This document shows, one piece after another, positions 19,367 to 28,518 of a stretch of DNA of 64,000 bases (its first letter is position 1; the number at the start of each line of letters is the position of its first letter). Location: positions 1 to 64,000 of IMG/VR virus record IMGVR_UViG_3300033463_000075; one strand, written 5' to 3'. The notes beneath the pieces were generated by a model. That model was not told where the DNA came from. It was given only the letters and a program-made list of their open reading frames with translations, and made no database searches. The position numbers were made by a program, and so were the translations under genes. The stretch comes from a virus. Its lineage: Duplodnaviria; Caudoviricetes.

Positions 19367-19437
19367 TATAGTTCTCCTCTATCACTTAGCGCTCCTACTC
19401 TGCAAAAGCACCCTAATATAAATAGTGTAATCATAAT

Positions 19438-19764
19438 CTAAATCCTCATATTATTTATTACTGACCAAGGTGTTTCCTTTTCAGCCAATTCTTGTCCTGC
19501 TTCTTTTGGCACATCACTAAATAAGTCACTTGGTGATAAGCTTGAAACAAACCCACAATGAGGACATTTCCTTCCTAAAGACTTTAGAGAAAATTGCTTT
19601 GGATCTACCTTATAATCATCTTCAGTTCTATTAGCTCTTTCATAGGTAGCTTCACTTTCTAATGCAAAATAAATCTTATGACAACAAGGACATTCAAGTG
19701 TTCTTATCTTTTCACCTGTTTTTAAAGCTTCATTAGTTACTTCTTCTAAGTTAGTATAATTCAT
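19438..19764 (-). CDS. zinc-ribbon hypothetical protein
   Basis: CPCC...CPHC. Confidence 0.7.
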   Translation of the reverse strand: MNYTNLEEVTNEALKTGEKIRTLECPCCHKIYFALESEATYERANRTEDDYKVDPKQFSLKSLGRKCPHCGFVSSLSPSDLFSDVPKEAGQELAEKETPWSVINNMRI

Positions 19765-19772
19765 ACTTGCCT

Positions 19773-20031
19773 CTATGGATTCACCATTATTATTATGTGT
19801 TGATCATGCACACCGTAAAGTGCAATCTCAGGCTTTCCATCTTTTGGCTTTTGCACAGTAACTATATATAGTTTGTCTATTAAGTCAGGTCTATCATTCA
19901 TTATTCTATGATAATCTATACCTGCTCTAAAGTCATAAATTATAAGCTTTCCTTCTGGTCTAACTTTTAAAAAGTTATCTAATGCATCATAAATATTTTG
20001 GTATCTTAAATCATTTAATTCTGGTGTCATA
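19773..20031 (-). CDS. hypothetical protein (likely start MTPELN)
   Basis: GGAGGG RBS before the ATG at 20031. Confidence 0.6.
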
Positions 20032-20044
20032 TTAGCCCTCCCCT

Positions 20045-20794
20045 TTATGCTGCCATTCCTAAAGCTCTTTTCACTGTTGACATTGAACAAGGTGATACAA
20101 TACCTCTTGCTACATTTTCTGCACAATTACCAGATAAAAATTGAATACCTAATACTTTGCTATGACTATTTATAGCACTAGTTACCTTATCAACCTTTAA
20201 GCCAGCTACAGAAGAAACTACTTTATTTATAAACCATTCTACATTATTCACTTGAATAACTGCTGTCTGTGGGTTTATCTCAACTGCATTTGTTTTTACT
20301 TCTGTATTAGTTGCATCTTTAATTTGCATCTTTGCTACACCATAATCAGCCATAGTAGCTGTCTCTTCAAAAGCAGTGCTGTCATCTTGCTCAGCTTCTT
20401 TGCTTGAATATAGTGTTAAGTCACATAATGCTTTTAGCTTAAACCTACTCTTAGCCGGTATCTCTGGCAGGTCATCTAAGCTTAGCGTATTTAGCTGGCT
20501 AGCTAAAGATTTCATATTAGTTCTAAAAGATAAGTACTTCTTCATTTGCTTTATAAACTTTGCTTCTTGAATAGCAGTTAAATTACCCATTCCAATAATA
20601 TGATAAAAATCTACCATAATTATTTCAGTCATAACTGCTGATTCTTTTTTGCAAAACTCTCTTAAAGCAGATAAATCTTTTAAGGTCATATTAGCTAGAT
20701 CTTCCGTTGTTTTAATGTTAGCTAAATACTTTTCACATTCAGTTATTCTTGTTTCTAATGCAGTTGTAATCTTGTCAAAACTTTCTTTAATCAA
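20045..20794 (-). CDS. hypothetical protein (249 aa)
   Basis: ORF with GGAGG RBS. Confidence 0.75.
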   Translation of the reverse strand: MIKESFDKITTALETRITECEKYLANIKTTEDLANMTLKDLSALREFCKKESAVMTEIIMVDFYHIIGMGNLTAIQEAKFIKQMKKYLSFRTNMKSLASQLNTLSLDDLPEIPAKSRFKLKALCDLTLYSSKEAEQDDSTAFEETATMADYGVAKMQIKDATNTEVKTNAVEINPQTAVIQVNNVEWFINKVVSSVAGLKVDKVTSAINSHSKVLGIQFLSGNCAENVARGIVSPCSMSTVKRALGMAA

Positions 20795-20910
20795 TTTAAA
20801 GCACCTCCATAATCGCTCATAATATTATACAGCACTCCTAAGTCAAAATAACCATTTTGTTTCAAATTTTAAGTGAATAAAAAACTTTGCACAGATTTTA
20901 CATTTATATG

Positions 20911-20939
20911 TTTACTTTTTGTGCATTGTGTTGTATAAT
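20911..20939 (+). promoter_or_regulatory. early promoter TTTACT-N17-TATAAT
   Basis: Direct match upstream of the only clear plus-strand gene. Confidence 0.8.
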
Positions 20940-20963
20940 ATATAAAGAAGGAGATGATGAAAT

Positions 20964-21419
20964 ATGATTAGAGACGAAGCAGTAAAATTAATTTATAATG
21001 TAAAATTAATATCTGCACCTTTATATGGTGAATATAAAGAAAAGTCAGATTTTAGCCATATTCTTTGGGAAAACTGTACTACACATAGTAAAGAAAAAGC
21101 TGAATATAAATATGATGTTTTTATAAAAATAGCAACTTCTAAAGCTTTACATCATGCAAAGAATACACCATTGCATAAATATAAAGTTGTAATGACAGTT
21201 GCTGAAGAAACATTAACTGAAAGCATACAAAATAAAACTATTATAAAAGAAGAAGAAGTCTATGATAAGACTTCTACATATGAGCTTCCTATTAAAGTTA
21301 GAGATAATACAGGTCAAACTGAAACAAAACTTGTAAAAGTTGAGCTTCCTGATATTTTAGATAGAGGACAATCACATATGACCTATATAAATAGGCAAAT
21401 AGAATTAGCTAGGCAATAA
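20964..21419 (+). CDS. hypothetical protein (151 aa)
   Basis: AAGGAG RBS, own promoter, no overlap with minus-strand genes. Confidence 0.8.
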   Translation: MIRDEAVKLIYNVKLISAPLYGEYKEKSDFSHILWENCTTHSKEKAEYKYDVFIKIATSKALHHAKNTPLHKYKVVMTVAEETLTESIQNKTIIKEEEVYDKTSTYELPIKVRDNTGQTETKLVKVELPDILDRGQSHMTYINRQIELARQ

Positions 21420-21448
21420 ACCTAGCTAATTCTTTTGTTATTATTTTA

Positions 21449-22153
21449 TTAAATATTTACTACAAGCTTGCTATTTATAGTATCAATTAGCTTTTCTGCA
21501 GAGGCTTTATCAATAGCTTTTATATCATCCAAAGCTTGTTGTATTTCATTGTCTTCTTCTACTTCTGCTTCTGGGATAAGTTGAAGTCTTATATAATCTT
21601 TTTGTTCATCTGTTAGTGGCTTTCTATATTCATCTTCTAACTTATCAATTCTCTTTTCTATAGCTTTAGCTATTTTGCCTTTTTTATACTTTTGTAGTTT
21701 ATCTACAAACTTATTGTAAAGCTTTTTAATTGCAGCTCTGCCAGTCTTAGAAGTTAAGCACACTCCTGCTGCAGTAAGCCCACTAAATAGAAGTGGCAAT
21801 AACCAGCTTGTAGTTGGGTTTACAGCTATACCTAAAATACCTGCTACTAAAAATATATTTTCTTTAACAAATTCGGCGGCTCCTGCACTTGCAATTCCAC
21901 CAGCAACTTTATCTATAAGTAGCTCAGCATCATCACCTAAAGCTTTATTAGTTTCTTTATCTTTAAGTGCAAGTAAATCAGCTTTCATATCAGACAACTT
22001 TTTAGCTTCAGTTAAAACAGTTTCTAAGCTATCTAAATTAGCCAATAATTCAGCATCACTTATAGGTTTAATTTCTGCTTCTTCATTTATGAATTCAAGC
22101 AAAGAATAAACATCATTAAAGTTATCTAAGTTGTCATATAACTTTTTATCCAT
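21449..22153 (-). CDS. hypothetical late protein with hydrophobic Gly/Ala-rich segment
   Basis: ORF track; N-terminal FNDVYSLLEFINE, L-x-E motifs, hydrophobic stretch. Confidence 0.7.
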   Translation of the reverse strand: MDKKLYDNLDNFNDVYSLLEFINEEAEIKPISDAELLANLDSLETVLTEAKKLSDMKADLLALKDKETNKALGDDAELLIDKVAGGIASAGAAEFVKENIFLVAGILGIAVNPTTSWLLPLLFSGLTAAGVCLTSKTGRAAIKKLYNKFVDKLQKYKKGKIAKAIEKRIDKLEDEYRKPLTDEQKDYIRLQLIPEAEVEEDNEIQQALDDIKAIDKASAEKLIDTINSKLVVNI

Positions 22154-23037
22154 TATTCTTCCTCTTGCTCAAGTGGCTCAGTATAAACTAAGTCATGATC
22201 TTCTTTAACTTTTTCTAAAAATTCCTTATGAGCTATTTCTTCAGTTTTAATCTTTTCTAGTTGCTCTTTAACATTGGCATCTTCATCATCTAAAGCGGCA
22301 ATAATTAAATCATAGCCATCAATAGCTTCTTGTTCATCAGCTGCTAAGAAGTCCATTTTATCTTCAAAGCTTTCTGGTATTTCTGGCTCTTCTTCAGCAT
22401 CCTCAGTTAAGCTTTCTTTTGTAGCTACTGTAGCAGCTTGCACAGAATTTGCAAAGCCTTTAACAGCGTCATTTATAGCTCCATTGTAAGCAGGGTCTTT
22501 AAGCATATCCATTATTTCTTTTTGTATCTCTTCTAAAGTCTTTTTTGGATTCTTCTTAAATAAGTCTTTTAATATTCCTTCATTAAGATCTTCATCAAGC
22601 CAGCCTCTACTCTTTAAGTATGCTTTTGTTTCTTCCATTGTTTTAAAGTCTTTATTGCAGCGTCTCCATTGGCCTTGGTCTCTTATTCAAGCACTATATG
22701 GGTTAGCAATTAAGCCACCACCATCATTGCATAGTATCTTGTATAAGCTTCCTTCTTCAACTACATTTTTTAATTGGACATCTTCATTAATAGGCTCATC
22801 CATAATGCTATTGATTTGGAAGTTTGGGCCCAATTCTTTCTTGTAGTTAATAAGCATAGTTGTTATGTCATCAATGCAATCTGGATGTTCTTTTTTATAA
22901 GCAGCCTTAAATTCCTCTAATTCTTTTAAATTAGTAATACCAATATCATACGCAAGTCTTAATGTATACTCACCTGCTGAAATTGGGCTCTCATTTAATG
23001 CTGTTAGTTCTTCATAAACACTGTTAAATTCTTTCAT
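22153..23037 (-). CDS. acidic putative internal head protein (294 aa, one TGA=Trp), C-terminus ferritin-like
   Basis: Track ORFs 22687-23037 and 22153-22638 are in frame across TGA 22687-22689; MKEFNSVYEELTAL; DEQEAIDGY...EEIAH. Confidence 0.7.
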
Positions 23038-23554
23038 TTATATCTCCTTTCTTGTTTCTTGCATAGCTATCAGTTTGTGTATGGCAATTTGGGCATAATA
23101 TTTGCAAGTTATCTAAAGTATTGTTTTTCTCATTTCCATCTTTATGATGAAGCTGCAAAGTAAGCTCCTTGCCATTTCAAATAGGACCTTGACCACATTC
23201 TTCACATCTATAAGGTCTTCCAGTAGCTACTAATCTTCTTAAAGTATTTTGGTTATTTCTTGCCTGATCTAATGTATAATAATCAGCATCGGAAGTTTCT
23301 CTATTAAACTTACTAAAATCTAAACCAAATTCATTTCCAACAGCTTTTATAAGCTTAGCTGTTTTTTCTGCAATTTTATTTTGTCTTTCACCAATTAAAG
23401 TATAACCAAGATCTTTTGCAAGCTGATAAAAATATTTATAGCTGTTAACTCTATCTTGGTCTCATTCACCACTAGCAAAAGCTCTTCTTGCTAAGCTGTC
23501 AGTTTCTTCTTCATATAATGAATCTAGCTCTTTAAATGTGTCTTTTAGCTCCAT
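23024..23554 (-). CDS. HNH endonuclease (176 aa, TGA=Trp at codon 31), missed by ORF track
   Basis: CEECG...LQLHHKDGNEKNNTLDNLQILCPNCH; GGAG RBS; late-promoter motif at 23587. Confidence 0.85.
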
Positions 23555-23712
23555 TTAGTAACTCCTAAAAACTACTATCGTCGTAATAATTTAGCAAAAA
23601 AAATAGCCTTAATTTTCATTAAGACTATCTTTGTTAAACAAATTGCTTATTATATTCCTTTTACTAGTTCTTGGGCTTATTATGAGCTCATACTAACCTT
23701 TCAGCAACTTGC

Positions 23713-23991
23713 TTATCCTTTTGCAAAAATCTTTGGTCTTATTGGAAAGCTTATATCATCAGCTTTAATAAATTCAGCTATTGCTAAGACTTCATCAAAA
23801 GTTAAATCTGTGCTAAATGAAAAGCCTTCACCTAAAGTTGAATCAGAGCAGTAAACTGTTTTAGCTACCTTATCAATCATAATAGTATGCAAGTATTTTT
23901 CTCTTGCATCATCTTCTATCTCTTTTTCGAACTCAAAATAATCTGGGTCCTTATAAAGTTTTCTTCTAAAACCTAATTCTTCAAATGTCAT
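23713..23991 (-). CDS. hypothetical protein (92 aa)
   Basis: AAGGAG RBS. Confidence 0.75.
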   Translation of the reverse strand: MTFEELGFRRKLYKDPDYFEFEKEIEDDAREKYLHTIMIDKVAKTVYCSDSTLGEGFSFSTDLTFDEVLAIAEFIKADDISFPIRPKIFAKG

Positions 23992-24076
23992 ATTATATCT
24001 CCTTTTATACGTAGGCCCCCGGCATATTATATATTTATAACCTATTAAAAGCTATAAAATAAGGGGGGGGCTATAA

Positions 24077-24157
24077 TTATTTCTTCATTATAAATGCAAA
24101 GTTAATTGCACTAAATACTAAGCTTACTATTGCTAAAATTAAAGCTGTAATCTCCAT
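24077..24157 (-). CDS. 26-aa hydrophobic peptide MEITALILAIVSLVFSAINFAFIMKK
   Basis: GAGGAG RBS, read manually. Confidence 0.55.
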   Translation of the reverse strand: MEITALILAIVSLVFSAINFAFIMKK

Positions 24158-24160
24158 AAT

Positions 24161-24259
24161 CTAATTCTCCTCATCATTATGTTGTTCAACACCTCTCATG
24201 AATAAGATTGCTGAAACCATTATAATAGCTATACAAATAAAACCTACTACTACTTTCAT
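24161..24259 (-). CDS. 32-aa single-pass membrane peptide MKVVVGFICIAIIMVSAILFMRGV...
   Basis: GGAG RBS, coupled to upstream ATPase stop. Confidence 0.55.
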   Translation of the reverse strand: MKVVVGFICIAIIMVSAILFMRGVEQHNDEEN

Positions 24260-24260
24260 T

Positions 24261-24800
24261 TTATTCTTTCTCCCCAAGTATTTGTTCAACTAAGCCTACG
24301 ACCTCATTATAGCCCGATTCACAGCCTTCGGTAGTAAAGTAAGATATTTTCTCAGCATCTAATAATTCTCTTGTCAGTGTGTCAATATCTTTAGCTTCAT
24401 CCTCAGTTTGATTTCGGCCATTAGGGTTATATGGCTTAACTCTTTTTAACATAATATTTATATTGTTATTTTTATATCTATTAAACTCTTCTATCATAGC
24501 AGCTTTAAGCATTGGTCGGTCAGGGCTACAATATAAAGCACCTAAAATAATTGGGCTGTCAGTGATAATAACATCAACCTTACCGAAGCATCTGGCTACT
24601 CTCCAGCTTTGTTTTCCTGTAATATAAAATTGATTTTCAAAGACTTGTTTATTTCCTTCCCATACTTTGTCTTTTGCAAATTCAGGGATATATTCTGCAT
24701 CATATCCTGCCATCTTTAATCTGCTAAAAATGTAAGCTGCTCCTGTGCTCTTTCCACAACCAGGTCCTCCAAACAAATTTACAATAAGTGTATCTTTCAT
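24261..24800 (-). CDS. P-loop ATPase/kinase (NadR/AAA_28-like)
   Basis: NLFGGPGCGKST, EYIPEFAK, ITDSP. Confidence 0.8.
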   Translation of the reverse strand: MKDTLIVNLFGGPGCGKSTGAAYIFSRLKMAGYDAEYIPEFAKDKVWEGNKQVFENQFYITGKQSWRVARCFGKVDVIITDSPIILGALYCSPDRPMLKAAMIEEFNRYKNNNINIMLKRVKPYNPNGRNQTEDEAKDIDTLTRELLDAEKISYFTTEGCESGYNEVVGLVEQILGEKE

Positions 24801-24801
24801 T

Positions 24802-25335
24802 TTATTCTCCTAAAATTATTTTATTCATTTTATCTAAATAAAGCATTCTATTATTTAGTGGTCTAAAATCTGGCGCAGCTTGAAGTGCTAAAGAAAAAAT
24901 ATCTACACACCCAACCGTATTAGCTTCAGCCCAATAAGCTTCATGCTTCATTCCCATTTTATGATAAAGCTTACAAGCATCAAAGTTATCATTTAAGCTT
25001 GTATAAAGCCTCATATAAGCAAATCCTTGGTGTGCAAAATAATTTATGCTATTTGTTAAGATTCGCTTACCATAGCCTTTATTTCGCTTCTCAGGCATAA
25101 CTCCAAACCAACCAAGCCAAGCTTCATCTAGATAGTCTTTATAAACATATATGCCAGTCATTCCAACAAGCTCTTTATTATCATAGACTAAATAATAATT
25201 AGCATACTCAATAAAGTCTAAATCAGTTAAGTCAATTGGTATAGCTTTAGAAAAATCTTCATTAGGAAAAATATCTTGCTGAGCCCTTTTTAAATCTAAG
25301 ACATCTTCTTTAGTAATCAGCTTATACTCAAGCAT
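24802..25335 (-). CDS. GNAT-family acetyltransferase
   Basis: WLGWFGVMPEKRNKGYGK acetyl-CoA motif; ACKLYHKMG. Confidence 0.85.
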   Translation of the reverse strand: MLEYKLITKEDVLDLKRAQQDIFPNEDFSKAIPIDLTDLDFIEYANYYLVYDNKELVGMTGIYVYKDYLDEAWLGWFGVMPEKRNKGYGKRILTNSINYFAHQGFAYMRLYTSLNDNFDACKLYHKMGMKHEAYWAEANTVGCVDIFSLALQAAPDFRPLNNRMLYLDKMNKIILGE

Positions 25336-25523
25336 TATTTCAACCTCACTTTAATATCTAAGTCATATTTATGGCCTGCATTTTCTCTTAGCTGATATAA
25401 GCTTTGTGCTTCCACTTGTAAGCGAGCCAAAGCATCTCGATCATTTTCAAGCATTGCTCTAAGTGTCTTAACAAAAAGCTCTTCATATGCTATTTCTATC
25501 TCTCGTGTATAATCTTTCTTCAT
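25335..25523 (-). CDS. hypothetical protein (62 aa)
   Basis: ORF track; TATAAT just upstream. Confidence 0.65.
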   Translation of the reverse strand: MKKDYTREIEIAYEELFVKTLRAMLENDRDALARLQVEAQSLYQLRENAGHKYDLDIKVRLK

Positions 25524-25588
25524 ACTATATTATACAATAAAAAAGAGCCAGATTTTTAGTCTGACTCAAAATTATTTTAATTAAATAT

Positions 25589-26005
25589 TTAAATTTTTTT
25601 CCTTGATAATATTTTATAAACAGTTTCCATAGGATATTCATACTCATCATCTCAATTAGTATGGTCATAGTCTACTGTATATTCTTGGCTTATATCTTCA
25701 AAAGTAATTGTTATCTCTTTTTCTCTGCCACCCTTAAACTCATGAAACTCACCTGAAAGTATTAGCTCATCGTCTGTCTCATCATAAATATCATCTTTGC
25801 TTAAATAAAAATGACAAGGGTCATAAGCTTCATTCATGTGCTTAAAATATTCAACTTGTTTTAGTCGCTTCTCAGCTTCTTCTTTAGTATCATAAGTGCC
25901 CATGTTTCTGCCTTTCTCAGACTGCACTTGTCACTTACTGCCAAGCTTTACAATACGCTCCTGAAGCTGTGATAGCTCTTCATAAACCTCATCAAATGTG
26001 CTCAT
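25589..26005 (-). CDS. putative internal head protein (138 aa, two TGA=Trp)
   Basis: MSTFDEVYEELSQLQE...IVKLGSKWQVQSEKGRNMGTY; open to TAA at 25589. Confidence 0.7.
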
Positions 26006-26009
26006 AATA

Positions 26010-27197
26010 TTATGTTACTGATTTTTTAGTTATAGTTAGCACACCATCACTGTATGATACATCAATAGACCCATTAATATTAACTGTGCCTTTTATTTGT
26101 GTAGTTACACCATTAGTTCCTATGGTTGTATTACATGCATTTGCACCTGTATTTATGTTAGTAATACCTGTAATTGATGTTGTATCTGTAATGGTTGTTC
26201 CACTATCATTTATTGTAAGCTTATTACTATTATCACGTTGTATATTTACACCTAAGTTACCTGGCGCATTTATGGTTATTGCACCATTTTTTATATCTGC
26301 ACCATTTTTCGCTGTAAGCATGCCTGTAATTTCAGTGCCGCTATCTTTTACTGTAATACAGCTATTTGCTGGGTTTTTGCTCTCAATAGTAATATTATCA
26401 ACATTGTCATTAGCTTTAATTTTTGTAGCATTTATGTTAGTAGTACTTAAACTATTATCTATTATTATTGTTTGTGTCGTGCTGCTGCCTACAGATAGTT
26501 GTTGGCCAGCAGCTATGTTTACAGGTTTATTAAAATTGATTTTATGTTTTAATATCTCTGCACTATATACAGTATTATTGCCAGAGCCACCTAATGCTAT
26601 TTTTGTGTCACCATTTATAAGTGTGTCACCATCATTGCTGCCATGGTTTATCTCTGGAAGTAATGATTTATAATTTATTACGACTTTGCCACTAGTTAAA
26701 GTATCTTGAAATACCTTAAGTGTTATTCCATTAAAATTTGAAGCATCATAACCAATACCATGGAAATAATATTTATCACTATCGCTAGGGTGGTCTGGAT
26801 CAATAGTTTTATCCAAGCATAGTGCAGATCCATCAATAGCACCAGTGTCTTTTAAGTAAGCTAGCACCTTTGTTTGATTATTATCACCGCTACTAATTGT
26901 TTTATCAACTGTATTAATACATAATGTTAATCCAGCTAACTCAGCATCTGTTTTATCAGATAGGTCTATATAAAAATAGTATCCTCCTAAAACACAATAT
27001 AACTTTTTATTATCATTACTTATATCATACTTAATTAAATAGCTAGGTTTTCAGTGGCTGCTTGGTGTATTTGTAAAGTTAAATTCAGACTGAATTATTG
27101 CTTCAGCATTAAAGTAATATGTTTGGTCTCCAACTTTATATGAGCCCCTATATGCACATGGGAATACATTAACATTTTTACTTAAAAAAAATTTCAT
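26010..27197 (-). CDS. tail fibre/spike-like protein (395 aa, TGA=Trp)
   Basis: ATG 27197 with AAGGAG RBS is in frame with the track ORF; Thr/Asn/Gly-rich beta repeats; end of the baseplate operon. Confidence 0.6.
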
Positions 27198-27219
27198 ATT
27201 TATCTCCTTATAGCATTAT

Positions 27220-27795
27220 TTATGCTTTTGATATATCTTGCAGTGTCATTGTTCAGTCAATAACTAACGAATAGTTAGATTTCAAGTCTGATAGGTCGAT
27301 GGCATCCTCACTATCAGCTCACTGATTAGTACTGCTGTCTATAAATAAATATTCAGCACTTCTATTACTTATCTTAGACTCACTGCTATTGGTATCACAG
27401 TACAAAGCTAATTTATAAATAATTTGTTTTGAGCTACCTTCTTTTAATGTTATAAAAGCATAAGGTATTTTAAAGTGGTAAGTAGCACTGCAGCTATCAC
27501 TGGTAGATTCTAAAAGCATACCAGGTTCATGTAGTATAGCAGCAGACCTACATGTTTCTTTTGAAAAATCTGGATTAGCAGGTGTATCTGTCTCTGGGTC
27601 AACTACAGTAAATAGTCTAATTCTGCAAGGTCGTAGTTCATCATAATAAGCGCCAGTTAAGCAGTAGCCTAAAAATTTAAATAAAGGTTCTTTTCCTTTA
27701 TTATGTGACTCTGAGCTAAATAATACTTTATTATTAGGCCCGATAACACTTATTTTTACATGTCCTTCATATGATATTATGCTATTTGTATCCAT
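27220..27795 (-). CDS. baseplate/tail-fibre attachment protein (191 aa, two TGA=Trp)
   Basis: Read-through gives C-terminal ...SLVIDWTMTL and a TAA at 27220; gene order. Confidence 0.6.
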
Positions 27796-27812
27796 ATTAT
27801 AATTTAATCCTA

Positions 27813-28514
27813 TTAATTATTATTATTTTCTTCAGTTTCGCTTTCATCTGCTGGTTTATAAATTGTGCTATTTGAAATATAACCTTCTTTATCTGAAACA
27901 CCAAATCTATTATAGTTATCTGATAATGGCTTAATTTTATCTGGCTGAATAATTTTTGCATAATTATTATAGTCTATATCTTTACCAATAATAGTATGCT
28001 CTACTGAATCGGCTGTATGTGTGTATATCGTAATAGCATTGCTACTTGCAATAGTTTCTTTTACAAAAGTACAAGACATACCAGCTGGAAGTATATAATC
28101 TAGCAAATCCCTAAGTAGAGTAATATCATTAAGAGTACTTGGCAAATAAAGTGTTATATTTGTATTTTTAATTGCATAGGCTGTTTTGCTTCTAATACCT
28201 TCGGCATTTAGCACTGCATTACAGACGCTTATAATACTTTGTATATTTCCTTTATTTTTTAAAGCATAGCTAAATACATTACATAAAGCCGTCAATTGAG
28301 CTATATTATAGTTATGTTTTGACTTAAAGCCTAAAGTCATCGCTACTAGGCTTAGTAGTTGTGAATCAGTATTTCTGTCAAGCGGTAAATAGTTTATAAG
28401 CTCAGTATTTGTTTTTATAGAATTTAAAACTAAATCATATAGTCTTCCAATAAATTGAAAGTCTCTTGATTGTCTATAGTATACATTTGGTGTAAGTTCT
28501 TCTAATTTAATCAT
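27813..28514 (-). CDS. baseplate wedge subunit (P2 gpI / T4 gp7-like)
   Basis: LPAG motif; follows the large wedge gene. Confidence 0.6.
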   Translation of the reverse strand: MIKLEELTPNVYYRQSRDFQFIGRLYDLVLNSIKTNTELINYLPLDRNTDSQLLSLVAMTLGFKSKHNYNIAQLTALCNVFSYALKNKGNIQSIISVCNAVLNAEGIRSKTAYAIKNTNITLYLPSTLNDITLLRDLLDYILPAGMSCTFVKETIASSNAITIYTHTADSVEHTIIGKDIDYNNYAKIIQPDKIKPLSDNYNRFGVSDKEGYISNSTIYKPADESETEENNNN

Positions 28515-28518
28515 GTTA

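Noticed and set aside
24063-24070. G8 tract as a phase-variation switch
   Set aside because: It is intergenic and outside any promoter spacer I can define; more likely part of a terminator or spacer.
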